DNA from: Candidatus Uhrbacteria bacterium
GTDB taxonomy: Bacteria > Patescibacteriota > Patescibacteriia > UBA9934
Direction: 5' to 3'
DNA: 64,000 bases
Assembly (NCBI GenBank): GCA_903827265.1
Contig: CAIKHN010000019.1
Coordinates: forward strand, 11,814-75,813
Below, piece after piece: positions 1 to 10,587 of this stretch. Both the position numbers and the translations under genes were made by a program. Position 1 is the first letter of the stretch. Each line of letters opens with the position of its first letter. The notes under the pieces were generated by a model. That model saw only the letters and a list, made by a program, of their open reading frames with translations. It was not told where the DNA came from and ran no database searches.

Positions 1-2702
1 TCGCCACGAGCCTTTGAAATATTCGCGCGTTTTGATTCTGCGGTAACCGATTTACCCATAACCTCCAACGCCTTTTCAGCATCAACCGCCTCTGATGTTC
101 CGGCTTTTTCAGCAATAACTCGCTGCAATCTGCGAATGTCGTCTTTCTTTGTTGCACCAGCAACGGCGAACGATGCGGCGTTTGGCGCGTCGGTAACTTG
201 CGAATCAAAGAATCGTGCAGTTTTCGAATCCGCAGTAACCATTGCATTTGCGCGGGTAACAATTGATGGTGGGTTTTTCGTATCAGCATCGGCACCAAAT
301 GTTGTTGACATCGCCGCGAATTCTGCACCAAGAACATCGCCAGTGGAGTACACAGCTTTTCCATCTTTTTTGTAGTTCAACAATGCTGCAGACGCCGCGC
401 CATGAACAGACCCCGGCAAACCACCCGCGTTTGGCTGATTCAAACGCTCAATGATTGCCGCACGACGACTATCATCACCGTCGGCAACCGCATGAGCACG
501 AACGAGGGACGCGACGCTTTGCACGCCTTTTTCCGCACTTCGAACATCCTCAACAGAGATCATCGCAACAAGAGCATCACGCTGAGCGATCGTTCCCTTT
601 CCGGATTCCAAATCTGCCCAGACCGACGACTCAACTCCATCTCTATCCTTACGCGTAAATGATTCCATCGCTTTACGTGCATCAGGATCCGCAAATGCAT
701 TTGTACTAATAGCACCAACGTTGAGACGTTTCTTGTCTTCCATTTTCTGGAAGTGTTCCATAATCATGTCCACCTTCGACTTATCGCCCTTTGCCTTAAT
801 AAGGTGCGGATTTGCGGTGTATGTGTCTTCGATAGAATCTTTTTCCTCACCAGAAAGCTGCAAAAACGCTTTGCCTTCATCAGTTGAGGCAAACGCGAGC
901 TCTTGCGCCATAACCGCGTTGTAATCCTTTGCAGCAAGCTCCTTGTAATTCTTTGCACCAGCATCTTTGTACTTCTTCTCGTATTCCTCGCGAAGCTTCT
1001 TTTGTGCCTTTTCCTTTGTGACCAGCTCTTTTGTACGTGCACCATGCACTTCTCCGCCGAACTGCGCGAGAACGCCATTTCCAGCAGAGACCCGATTCTT
1101 CGCTTCTTTAATACGAGCGTTTGCCTCGACAATATCCGCCTCAGCAAGTCTCTTCTGATCATCACTACTTTTCTCGTTCTTCAACACCTCTTGCGCCTTG
1201 AGAATACTTGCGTTTCCGGCAGCGACGTCAGCGTCACCAGCCGCAATATCAGCTTTTGCCAAGTTGTACGCCGTCTTCTGGTCATCGGTCATGTGCTCAG
1301 CAACTTCCGCTCCAGCCTTATTCAACTTCTTACGCTCTTCTTTCCCCTCATTCGCTACAAAAGCTCCGGCACTTGCGAATGTACCGCCAATCGCGCTTGC
1401 AACAACGCCGCCACCGAGTTTTTTACTTAAGCCTGTTCCCGCATTCGCCAAGCCTTTTCCAAATTGTTGTGTTAAGCCTGGAGCAACTTTTGCCAAACCA
1501 GGGACCTCAACACCGCCAACTTTTCCGCCCTTCACACCAAACTGTCCAAGTCGTTTTGCGCTATTCACTGGCCGAGCAAGACCCTTCAGCAATCCTTTTC
1601 CCATCCCTTCACTCAAGGCACTCGCTGCCCAGCCACCCAACGCTCCAGCGCTTGCCGACGCCTGCTGCATACCAGCAAGCAAAATTGCGAGCGCCAAGAA
1701 CATACCAAGAAAATTGTTCAAATCGAACATCTTTAACGGAATTCCGGCATCGCCTTGCGTTTCTGGCATTGGAAAATCTTCAGTTTGCGCGAGGTTCGAT
1801 CCCGACGACGCCGCAAGGGCAAGCCACAAGAAAAACACCATCGTTGGTCCAAAAATCAGCGCACTCGTGAACTTTGACCACCATGTTTTATAGCTCGACT
1901 CTGCCGCATGAAATACATCCTTCACCCCAACCATGAAAAATGCCAACGGCGACATGATGATTAACACCCACAAGATGACGATACGCCACACAAACGCCGC
2001 AGCAAGAAGGAAAATAACGCCAAGAATTCCCAGGAGCACCACAAACTGCAAATATGCCGCCATCAAAAACTCGAATGCTTCCAATCCTGTGCCCTTTGCA
2101 TTAATCTTCTCGATAAAATCTGCACCGAACTGTCCAAATGTATTCAAACTTAACATCGACGCAAAATTTCCAGCAGCAATAGAAACGATCGCGTTCACGA
2201 AGGTGAACATGATTACTTGGCTGACGTCGATGAGGAATCCGCAAATAAGCTTACTGAAGTTTACAAGCACGATGGCGATGAAGAGTTTTGGAAGCTGCTG
2301 CGTCCAGTTTGCAGCGGAGTATCCAATAATGGTCATGATCGCAATCACCATGAGCACCGCAACGACGAACATATTCACCACATCCCGAACAAGCGACCAA
2401 CCAAGGTTCGTAATGTGGCTATTATAAAAACCGTTGTAGCCCAACACCGGAATAACAACCATTTGAATTAACGCGAGCGTTGCCTGACCAATAGCGCCAG
2501 TAATCACCTGAACAATGCCCGCAAGCGTGATCATGGTGGTGTCGATCGGGTTTGTTGCGAACTTTGTAAACAGCTCGCTCACAGCGAACGAGTAATGGAA
2601 TGGAACCGCCAAAAGCAACACCGCTATTGCAAGCGCTGTTGCTGCTTTGTGATGTGTAAACCAATTCGCCATCCACCGAACACACGCCGTGAACTTCCGC
2701 AT
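1..2702 (-). CDS. VirB6/TrbL-like polytopic membrane protein with long charged C-terminal tail (CPR type); 3' end lies beyond window start
   Basis: Absent from the ORF track because no stop falls inside the window. Manual translation from ATG 2702 gives MRKFTACVRW...GWSLVRDVVNM...LPKLFIAIVLVNFSKLICGFLID...YKTWWSKF; spot checks at ~1900 and at the window edge are open in the same frame. The motifs match CPR TrbL/VirB6-like proteins as I recall them. Confidence 0.75.
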   Translation of the reverse strand, partial: MRKFTACVRWMANWFTHHKAATALAIAVLLLAVPFHYSFAVSELFTKFATNPIDTTMITLAGIVQVITGAIGQATLALIQMVVIPVLGYNGFYNSHITNLGWSLVRDVVNMFVVAVLMVIAIMTIIGYSAANWTQQLPKLFIAIVLVNFSKLICGFLIDVSQVIMFTFVNAIVSIAAGNFASMLSLNTFGQFGADFIEKINAKGTGLEAFEFLMAAYLQFVVLLGILGVIFLLAAAFVWRIVILWVLIIMSPLAFFMVGVKDVFHAAESSYKTWWSKFTSALIFGPTMVFFLWLALAASSGSNLAQTEDFPMPETQGDAGIPLKMFDLNNFLGMFLALAILLAGMQQASASAGALGGWAASALSEGMGKGLLKGLARPVNSAKRLGQFGVKGGKVGGVEVPGLAKVAPGLTQQFGKGLANAGTGLSKKLGGGVVASAIGGTFASAGAFVANEGKEERKKLNKAGAEVAEHMTDDQKTAYNLAKADIAAGDADVAAGNASILKAQEVLKNEKSSDDQKRLAEADIVEANARIKEAKNRVSAGNGVLAQFGGEVHGARTKELVTKEKAQKKLREEYEKKYKDAGAKNYKELAAKDYNAVMAQELAFASTDEGKAFLQLSGEEKDSIEDTYTANPHLIKAKGDKSKVDMIMEHFQKMEDKKRLNVGAISTNAFADPDARKAMESFTRKDRDGVESSVWADLESGKGTIAQRDALVAMISVEDVRSAEKGVQSVASLVRAHAVADGDDSRRAAIIERLNQPNAGGLPGSVHGAASAALLNYKKDGKAVYSTGDVLGAEFAAMSTTFGADADTKNPPSIVTRANAMVTADSKTARFFDSQVTDAPNAASFAVAGATKKDDIRRLQRVIAEKAGTSEAVDAEKALEVMGKSVTAESKRANISKARG

Positions 2703-2737
2703 ACGAAAGAAAGTATAACATGATTATACTAGAGTTC
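2703..2737. promoter_or_regulatory. Back-to-back divergent -10 elements (TATACT on both strands)
   Basis: TATACT at 2725-2730 (+) is 7 nt before the dprA ATG. TATACT at 2717-2712 (-) is 9 nt before the ATG at 2702. Confidence 0.6.
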
Positions 2738-3823
2738 ATGACCTCTCCATACACCGTCGCTCTCGCAAATGTTCCAGGCTTCGGGCCAAAAACAAACGCC
2801 CTACTTTTTGAACATTTTTCCGACGCAAAGGATGCGTGGAACGCTACGCGCGATGAGCTTTTGTCCCTCGGCGCTCGCCAACACGACGTTCAAAAATTCA
2901 TCCTGCTCCGTCAAACATGCGATCCACTCGTATTTGCAGAAACGATGGAGCGTCATGGCATTCGCGCAATAACGATTCATGACGACGAATATCCGGAGAT
3001 GTTAAAAACCATCCACACACCGCCAGCACTCCTCTTTGTGAAAGGAGCATTGCCTCCGCAAACCAAAAAACATCTCGCAATTGTGGGATCGCGACACGCT
3101 ACCGCCTACGGACTTCGCACTGCGAAAAAAATTGCCAGCGATTGCGCAAATGCTGGAATCGTTATTGTCAGCGGTTTAGCGTATGGAATCGACCAAGCCG
3201 CACACCGCGGAACTCTTGAGGTGCACGGCATCACGATCGCCGTGCTCGGGTCAGGTTTTCTCGGAATTGATAACCCACGCCACCAGGAACTCGGTGATGC
3301 AATTCTTGCAGGAGGCGGAGCAATCATTTCCGAATTTGGATTCACGACTCCTCCATACAAATATAATTTTCCTATCCGGAATAGAATTGTTGCCGGGATG
3401 TGCCACGGTACACTTGCGGTTGAAGCAGGGATTCCCTCAGGCACGCTTATCACCACAACATCAGCAACCGAGGAAAACCGCGAAGTCTTTGCGGTTCCGG
3501 GCATGATTGATTCTGCAAAAAGCAAGGGAACAAATGATCTTCTGAAAAATGGAGCCCATTTCGTTACCGAGGCCAGAGACATTTTTGAAGTCTTCGGCAT
3601 GAATGTCGCCCCCCAAGCAAGCGCGACCGCCTTTTTGCCTATTGGTCGGCCACCAGACGAAATTGCTCTTTTCGCTCAACTTGGCGCCGAACCCGTTCAT
3701 ATCGACGTCGCCATCGAAAAGGCGGGGCTCGCGACAACTGCAGGCTCAATTGCACTAACAGGCCTAGAGTTATTGGGGGTTATTGAAGATATCGGCGGGA
3801 AGCAATTTGTACGGAAGAATTGA
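2738..3823 (+). CDS. dprA: DNA-processing protein DprA (Smf)
   Basis: Motifs YPEMLKTIHTPP, AIVGSR, IVSGLAYGID, FPIRNRIVAG, REVFAVPG; conserved dprA-topA order. Confidence 0.97.
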   Translation: MTSPYTVALANVPGFGPKTNALLFEHFSDAKDAWNATRDELLSLGARQHDVQKFILLRQTCDPLVFAETMERHGIRAITIHDDEYPEMLKTIHTPPALLFVKGALPPQTKKHLAIVGSRHATAYGLRTAKKIASDCANAGIVIVSGLAYGIDQAAHRGTLEVHGITIAVLGSGFLGIDNPRHQELGDAILAGGGAIISEFGFTTPPYKYNFPIRNRIVAGMCHGTLAVEAGIPSGTLITTTSATEENREVFAVPGMIDSAKSKGTNDLLKNGAHFVTEARDIFEVFGMNVAPQASATAFLPIGRPPDEIALFAQLGAEPVHIDVAIEKAGLATTAGSIALTGLELLGVIEDIGGKQFVRKN

Positions 3824-3860
3824 GGAAAAGCCCGTTATTGTGCTATCGTCCGCATCATCT

Positions 3861-6143
3861 ATGTCAAAGCTTCTCATTGTTGAGTCTCCAACCAAGGCCA
3901 AAACCATCACCAAATTCCTTGGTCGCGAGTACAAAGTCATCTCATCATTTGGCCATATTCGTGACCTGCCAAAAAAGAGCACTGCAGTCGACGTGAAGCA
4001 CGGCTTTGCCCCAACATACGAAATTCCAGTCGATAAAAAGGACAAAGTAAAGGCGCTAAAGGACGCAGCAAAAGGTGTTGACGACATTTACCTCGCAACC
4101 GACGAAGACCGCGAAGGAGAGGCGATCGCCTGGCATATTGCGGAAGTCTTAAAGCTCGATCCTACAACCGCAAAACGCATTACGTTCCACGAAATTACCA
4201 AATCCGCTATTGCCGAAGCGCTCGACCACACTCGACGTATCGACATGCGAATGGTGGATGCGCAGCAAACGCGCCGCATTCTCGATCGCTTGGTCGGTTA
4301 CGAACTCTCTCCTCTTTTGTGGAGCAAGGTGCAACGCGGACTTTCTGCCGGTCGCGTGCAGTCTGTCGCGGTCCGATTGGTTGTTGAGCGTGAACGCGAA
4401 CGCCAGGCATTCAAAACCGACGAATACTGGAGCGTCGAGGCGATCCTTTCGAAATCGAACAGCGAATTCCCAACAAAACTCGTTGCGATCGGCGATCGCA
4501 AGATTGATAAGCTCGATATTAAAACTCAAGCGGAATCCGACGCTGTTGTTTCTGCAGTGCGCGATGCAGACTTCGTTGTGAAGTCGATCGAGAAAAAAGC
4601 AGCGAGTCGCAAGGCTCCAACGCCGCTGACCACATCGACCATGCAACAAGAGGCGTACAACCGTCTTGGCATGAGCGCAAAGCAAACCATGACGCTTTCG
4701 CAAAAACTTTACGAGACCGGTCGCATCACGTACATGCGAACCGATTCGACGAATTTGAGTGAGCAATTTATCACCGCAACACAAGCATTCATTCAGGCGC
4801 AGTGGGGCAACGACCTCGTCACCGGCGGCGTCCGATATCAGACAAACAAAAAAGGTGCGCAAGAAGCGCATGAAGCGATTCGTCCAACCGACGTTAACGC
4901 AACACCAGAAAGCCTTCGCGCCGAGCTCGAGCCTGGCATGTGGAAGCTGTACGACCTTCTGTGGCGCCGAACCGTTGCATCGCAATTGCCAAGTGCAAAA
5001 CTTGAACGCACCGCGATCGACTTTACCGCGAATAATCACACCTTCCGCGGCAACGGCAGTATTGTTGTCTTTGAAGGCTTCATGAAGGTTTGGCAGGCAT
5101 CAGAAGATAAAATTCTGCCAACACTTTCTGAGGGAGAGAATATTGGCAAAGCAGCAAGCGTTACCCCAGAACAGCATTTCACCGAACCTCCAGCACGCTA
5201 TTCCGATGCGTCGCTCATTAAAGTCATGGAAGAGTACGGCATCGGTCGTCCTTCCACCTACGCACCAACATTAAACACTATCGAAACGCGAGGCTACGTG
5301 TTGCGTGACGATGGAAAGCGACTGTACCCATCCGATATCGCATTCGTCGTTACCGATCTTTTAAAGGAGCATTTCCCACAAATCGTCGATTACGACTTTA
5401 CGGCAACCATGGAACGGAAGCTCGACCAAATTGCAGAAGGCGAGGAAAAGTGGAAGGAGGTGTTGGGCGATTTCTACGGTCCGTTTCATGAAGCAATTAT
5501 TGGCAAAGGCGCAGAGCTCACTCGAGAAACCGTCATGAAAGTGACGGAAATCGGCATCGATCCTGAAAGCGGGAAAATGATCGTCGCGCGCACCGGACGA
5601 TTCGGTCCGTTCGTACAAGTTGGCGAACTTTCACCAGACAAAAACGCCGAAAAACCAAAGCGCGCGAGCCTGGAAAAAAACCAAACCATCGACACGCTTA
5701 CGCTCGATCAAGCACTCAAATTGCTTTCCCTCCCTCGAACGCTCGGCAAACACACCAATGGCGACGAAATTGTGGCGAACGTTGGACGTTTTGGCCCGTA
5801 CTTAAAGTGCGGCGCAATCAACATCACATTGCCACCGGAATTCCACCCTGCAACCGTAAGCATCGAACAAGCAATTATGCTCTGCACCGACGGCGTCGCA
5901 AAGAAAATTAAGGCCATGACTCCGCTTGCAGAGCTTGGCATTGAACCTGAAACGAAAGCGAATATCGTTATCAAAGATGGACGGTACGGCGCATACGTTA
6001 CCGACGGAAAAACAAACGCGACCATTCCGAAGGGCATTGATCCAAAAACGGTAACCCTCAATGATGCAATCGATCTTCTTGTGAAGAAGCGAAAAGCGCC
6101 AAAGAGCCGATGGAAGCGTAAATCATCAGGCGACGACGAATAA
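3861..6143 (+). CDS. topA: DNA topoisomerase I with C-terminal Topo_C repeats
   Basis: LLIVESPTKAKTI, ATDEDREGEAI, SAGRVQS, ITYMRTDS (catalytic Tyr), AQEAHEAIRPT, GIGRPSTY, GRFGP repeats. ATG 3861 preferred over the ORF-track start. Confidence 0.98.
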   Translation: MSKLLIVESPTKAKTITKFLGREYKVISSFGHIRDLPKKSTAVDVKHGFAPTYEIPVDKKDKVKALKDAAKGVDDIYLATDEDREGEAIAWHIAEVLKLDPTTAKRITFHEITKSAIAEALDHTRRIDMRMVDAQQTRRILDRLVGYELSPLLWSKVQRGLSAGRVQSVAVRLVVERERERQAFKTDEYWSVEAILSKSNSEFPTKLVAIGDRKIDKLDIKTQAESDAVVSAVRDADFVVKSIEKKAASRKAPTPLTTSTMQQEAYNRLGMSAKQTMTLSQKLYETGRITYMRTDSTNLSEQFITATQAFIQAQWGNDLVTGGVRYQTNKKGAQEAHEAIRPTDVNATPESLRAELEPGMWKLYDLLWRRTVASQLPSAKLERTAIDFTANNHTFRGNGSIVVFEGFMKVWQASEDKILPTLSEGENIGKAASVTPEQHFTEPPARYSDASLIKVMEEYGIGRPSTYAPTLNTIETRGYVLRDDGKRLYPSDIAFVVTDLLKEHFPQIVDYDFTATMERKLDQIAEGEEKWKEVLGDFYGPFHEAIIGKGAELTRETVMKVTEIGIDPESGKMIVARTGRFGPFVQVGELSPDKNAEKPKRASLEKNQTIDTLTLDQALKLLSLPRTLGKHTNGDEIVANVGRFGPYLKCGAINITLPPEFHPATVSIEQAIMLCTDGVAKKIKAMTPLAELGIEPETKANIVIKDGRYGAYVTDGKTNATIPKGIDPKTVTLNDAIDLLVKKRKAPKSRWKRKSSGDDE

Positions 6144-6180
6144 CAAAACACGCGAGCCGTTTGGCTCGCGTGTTTGTTTT
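6144..6180. terminator. Bidirectional intrinsic terminator
   Basis: AAACACGCGAGCC-GTTT-GGCTCGCGTGTTT hairpin between convergent genes. Confidence 0.8.
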
Positions 6181-9100
6181 ATGCTTCGCGTCGAGCGGCA
6201 CGCTCGAACGCCGGAAGTATGGTGTCGATTGCATTTTGAATCTGCTGCCGCGTCTCAAGCGCAGCGTACCGAAGCGACGGACCAGAACCGTCACTAATTG
6301 CCGCACGAATTCCCGGCAATGCATCTGCCTGACCGCCGAGCGCGATATACGCCATTCCCACCGCTGTTCCGAGTGTATTCACCGCATCGCCAAGGTTTGG
6401 AGCAATAACCCCTCGATTCCTGAATTGTTCTGATATCGGTCCCCACGTTGCATTCCACGCATTGCGGAATACATCAGCAGTGTTCTCAATAAACGATGCG
6501 TCCGGATCTGCCTTTGCTGCTGATTCGAATCGCTGCATGAACGAAATAGCTGCATACGATGCGCCACGAAGCGTTTCTGCCATCGGCAAATCACCAACAG
6601 TCCCAAATAACCACAACATTGAGTTTATCCCTTCTTTTGCGACTTCGCGGTCGGTTATGATTGCTTTTACTTTATTCACAACAACCTTCGCGACCTCTGC
6701 GTCTCTTTCCTTTGTATCATTCTCTGTTCCTCGTTGATAGATTGCCGCGAGATCAAGAATTTGCTCCTTCATTTCTGCTTTTTCCGCGTTGGTCAAATAT
6801 GGCGACATTGCGATTGCGCGCTCGACACGCTTTCCCGCATCAAAATTTGCTTGCACAACTTGCTCAGGAGCTGATCCTGATTTTTTCGCAATTCGCACAT
6901 TCGCCTCAAGCACGCTCTTCAGTGAAGCGAACAATTCCGTCTGCTCTTCTCGTACAAAGTGCTCCTGTGAGAGATACATTCCAATATTCGCAAAGATCTT
7001 CACCGGAAAAACTGTTGCGAGTGCACTAATAACACCTCCAGCGACGCGAATCTTCTTTTCATCCTCTGTCAGCTGTCTTCCTTCACGTTCATTTCGCGTT
7101 CGCTGGCCGGTCATCTTTTCCACCGCGTAATCGCCAATCGCTCCCCCACCAAACCAACCCCGAATGCGCCTTGCCCAGCCCGAAACACGTTCCTCGGGAT
7201 ATTTTGGCGCCTCAGAACGCTCTGTCATCTCTCGACTCGTTGGCGCTGCAAGAACTTCAGGCGCCGCTGAAGCCGAAGACCTACGACTCGGTTCAGGAGT
7301 AACGGGCCGAAGTCGCGGCGGAGTTCGAGGAGCACTCGGAACGTTAAAACGATCAAGCGCAGGAAGAGACTCGACAGGCTCCGGAGAATACGTAACCTCA
7401 ACTGTTGTTGGAGTACGTTTAAGCGTTTCAACTGGTTTTACTATAGGAAACGCTCGACGAACTGGAACTACAGGCCTTGGAACCGGAGGAAGATCCGACA
7501 ATTCATGAACGACTACCGCAAAATCTTCTTTGGTCCACCCCGGGAATGCCTTCTTCAATTCCTCCTGGAACGGATCCGCGCTTACCCCACCTTTCGCCCA
7601 CAAGCTGTACAACGCCTTCATTTCTTCAAACTCCTCACGCGCGCCAACATAGCTTTCATCGATCGCTGCCTGACGAAGGTAATTCAGATGATCGAGCAAC
7701 ACGCTCTGATCCTCAATCGATGGCCGTTCGACTCGAACTTCAACCGGAGCCTCGGGCAAAGCTACAATCGGAACTTCGATCGGAGCTTCTGGCTCTAATC
7801 GCGCCGCGAATTTCTCACGAACCTCTCCGATGAGCAATTCAAGCTCGTTGATGCTCTGAAATGTTGCCGCAATACGGAGAAAATCTTGCACGCAATCTTC
7901 TCGCAAATCCTCGAGCGAATTCATCGTCGGCTGTAAAGCGCCTTCTCGGATTTGGCGAACAAGCACCACGAGCCTATTCATTCGTTTTGATTTCAATACG
8001 TCTGGCTTCCAGAAGACGTCATCGGCAAAGAGATTGCGAATCTGCTTTTCCTGGCGCGTTGCGAGTTCTTTTCGATTGTCCTTCTTTTGCTCTGGCGGCG
8101 CTTCTCCAACATCCAATGCCGCCAAACGCTCCGCGAGCGTTGCAAAATCCTCAGGCTCCCAACCGTCGTATTCACGTGCGTCGCCACTATCGATATCTTC
8201 AGTTTCAAGATCGTCGTCAGCACCCTCTGATGCGCTACCCGACATTCGTTTTACACGTTGTTTTTCGACGATCGCATCAATTTCTGCGCTTGTTGGTCGT
8301 CGCGGCTTTTCAACAGCAGCAACAACGGGAGCAGCCTCTGGCGTTGGTGTTTCTGTTTGCGTCTCTGGCGCTGAAGCTGCAGACGGCAGAACACTTCGCG
8401 ACTTAAACACTCGCGGAACGTTTGGAATTTTCTCCATCAATCCTGGATTTTCTGCAAACAAGGCAGCAATCTCTGCTTCTAACCTTTTTCGTTCAACCTG
8501 AAACTCTTCAACATTCGAAGCGTTATCTGACTGCGCTCTTCGTAATGCGGCTCCAAGAGCGTTGTACTCAACCACCATGCGCTTCGCTTTCGAAACGAGT
8601 AGATCTTCCGGTGATTTTTCATGACGCGGCTGAGAAGCTCGCTCAAGAAATTCCTGAGGAGCAGGAAGCTCGAGTTTTAACGAAAGCCATTCGCCAACCA
8701 CATTGCGCAGCACTTCCGGAACTCTACTCACTTCAAGCGCATGTTCGATCTTTTCCTGTTTCTCTCCGGTTGCGCGCAATGCCTCAATATACACATCGCG
8801 CAGCGCAATTTCCCGACGACGCATGTCAGGCTGCGTCCAACCCTCTGCATGAAGCACCGCATCCCACGCAGCGTCCACCTCTGAAAGGAAGCGGCTCTTC
8901 TCTTTCCGTTGGACCGCTTGCATGACCCCACACTGCTTAACCACAGTGAAGAAATCAAATTCTTCACGACTAAATGCTTTTAGCGCAACGTCATCTGTAA
9001 TTTTCCCCTTTAAAAAATCGCTAATCGTTGCAACACGGCTGTCGTATGCTTCCTTTGGAAGATCCGAATGCCGAGCAAAATCCGTACCAAATACGAGGTA

Positions 9101-10576
9101 TTCAAGATCGCTATGAACTTTTCCCAACACTGCGCCATTCTTTAACGCATCAGGAGCCAAGAACCCGCGAACAGCGTTGAGCATTCCCGTAATATCTCTG
9201 TCAGCGTCTACCGCAAAAGGGTCAATCGCAGCCTCCTTTCCTTCTCCAATTTTTGGAGCAAGCTTACGAAGATCGATCCAATCTCGCTTCAACTTCTCGA
9301 GACCGTTCAACACTTTTTCCATTGCCGCAATACGCTCATCATCACTCAATAGGCGTGCATCGAGTAATGCAACTCCTTCTCGGGCAATACGAAGCAAAAA
9401 ACCAGGGAATTCATTTTCCCAACGTTCTTTGTTCTGTTCCGCCTGCGCTTTCTTCTCCTCTTCCTTCTGGCGCATTTTCTCCAAATTCTGCGCAGCAACC
9501 GCCTCCATCTCCGCAAGTTCCGCCTGACGAAGTGCATGACTCTGCTCTTTCAACTCTCCGTCACGAGCCTTCCCTTTGCCCTCGATTTGATCTCGCATTG
9601 CACGAGATCTTGCCGCGAGGTCTCCCCATTCTCGTGGGATTCTCTCGAACGTTTTCATGATTGGCAGAACCTGCTCTTTCCACTCTTTGCTGTATTGCAC
9701 GTACTCGCGTTCCACAGCTTGAAGCGCCGTTCTTGCAGCAGCAATCTCTTCTTTTGTCGCAATCGGCAATGCGATTGCTTCGGCCATCTTTGCTGGAAGA
9801 CTTTGAATTTTTTCATCAAACGCATTCATGACAGCGAATCCATTTTGCCATTCGACAAACTCTTTACGTTTCTTCTCAAGAAAGCCCGCGAAAATCACAA
9901 GCTGCTGTCGCGCCTCGACGAGCTCAGATGGCACATCTTTCCCATTCGCTTCACACTCCTGAACTTTGAGTTCGATTTGATCATCCCAATGCCGAATAAT
10001 CGCAGCGATCGCATCAAACTCCCCCTCTACTTTGTCGAGTGGGAGATTATGGACCCCGGCAATTTGCGCATCAAGCGCTTCAAAAATTTCACCCCACGAT
10101 ACCTCGCCTTCTCTTTGAGGCTTCTCTTTCTCCCTATACTGCTCCTCGTTTCTTCCACGACGTGATCGAGCGTCTTCACGGCCCTCGCGCCCCCCTTTCT
10201 TTCCACGTCGCCCTTTCTCACCCTCTCCGCTAGCGTTTTCATCGTTACCTTCCACAAGCGTCGCCGTCTTTAAGGCCTCAATAACTTCATCCAAAGGGCC
10301 CTGCACAAAAGCAAAAGCCATCTCTGTTGCCCTCTTTTGATCTTGATTATCCCACGTGACATTCTTCATCTTGCCCTTCTCGATGCCCCACGTTCGTGCG
10401 ATATCCTCAACAGTACCCTTATCTTCCACCGTACCCTTCCCCTTCTTAATGCGTTTTAAAATTGCACCGAGATCGTTCTCGAAATTCGAAGAACTCTTTT
10501 GGATTCGTTCTGCTAATTCAAATGCCATGCTCGGCTCTTCCCTGCCACTCATTCCAGGTCTTGATTCGTTTGCCAT
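6179..10576 (-). CDS. Large (1465 aa) charged, probably coiled-coil hypothetical protein
   Basis: Long uninterrupted ORF, E/K/R/A-rich with Pro-rich linkers and short hydrophobic segments near the C-terminus; no recognisable family. Confidence 0.85.
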   Translation of the reverse strand: MANESRPGMSGREEPSMAFELAERIQKSSSNFENDLGAILKRIKKGKGTVEDKGTVEDIARTWGIEKGKMKNVTWDNQDQKRATEMAFAFVQGPLDEVIEALKTATLVEGNDENASGEGEKGRRGKKGGREGREDARSRRGRNEEQYREKEKPQREGEVSWGEIFEALDAQIAGVHNLPLDKVEGEFDAIAAIIRHWDDQIELKVQECEANGKDVPSELVEARQQLVIFAGFLEKKRKEFVEWQNGFAVMNAFDEKIQSLPAKMAEAIALPIATKEEIAAARTALQAVEREYVQYSKEWKEQVLPIMKTFERIPREWGDLAARSRAMRDQIEGKGKARDGELKEQSHALRQAELAEMEAVAAQNLEKMRQKEEEKKAQAEQNKERWENEFPGFLLRIAREGVALLDARLLSDDERIAAMEKVLNGLEKLKRDWIDLRKLAPKIGEGKEAAIDPFAVDADRDITGMLNAVRGFLAPDALKNGAVLGKVHSDLEYLVFGTDFARHSDLPKEAYDSRVATISDFLKGKITDDVALKAFSREEFDFFTVVKQCGVMQAVQRKEKSRFLSEVDAAWDAVLHAEGWTQPDMRRREIALRDVYIEALRATGEKQEKIEHALEVSRVPEVLRNVVGEWLSLKLELPAPQEFLERASQPRHEKSPEDLLVSKAKRMVVEYNALGAALRRAQSDNASNVEEFQVERKRLEAEIAALFAENPGLMEKIPNVPRVFKSRSVLPSAASAPETQTETPTPEAAPVVAAVEKPRRPTSAEIDAIVEKQRVKRMSGSASEGADDDLETEDIDSGDAREYDGWEPEDFATLAERLAALDVGEAPPEQKKDNRKELATRQEKQIRNLFADDVFWKPDVLKSKRMNRLVVLVRQIREGALQPTMNSLEDLREDCVQDFLRIAATFQSINELELLIGEVREKFAARLEPEAPIEVPIVALPEAPVEVRVERPSIEDQSVLLDHLNYLRQAAIDESYVGAREEFEEMKALYSLWAKGGVSADPFQEELKKAFPGWTKEDFAVVVHELSDLPPVPRPVVPVRRAFPIVKPVETLKRTPTTVEVTYSPEPVESLPALDRFNVPSAPRTPPRLRPVTPEPSRRSSASAAPEVLAAPTSREMTERSEAPKYPEERVSGWARRIRGWFGGGAIGDYAVEKMTGQRTRNEREGRQLTEDEKKIRVAGGVISALATVFPVKIFANIGMYLSQEHFVREEQTELFASLKSVLEANVRIAKKSGSAPEQVVQANFDAGKRVERAIAMSPYLTNAEKAEMKEQILDLAAIYQRGTENDTKERDAEVAKVVVNKVKAIITDREVAKEGINSMLWLFGTVGDLPMAETLRGASYAAISFMQRFESAAKADPDASFIENTADVFRNAWNATWGPISEQFRNRGVIAPNLGDAVNTLGTAVGMAYIALGGQADALPGIRAAISDGSGPSLRYAALETRQQIQNAIDTILPAFERAARREA

Positions 10577-10587
10577 ACAATATCAGC

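Noticed and set aside
136-2754. Many + strand ORFs and the 110-aa minus ORF at the window start
   Set aside because: Shadows of the single long minus-strand membrane-protein gene starting at 2702.
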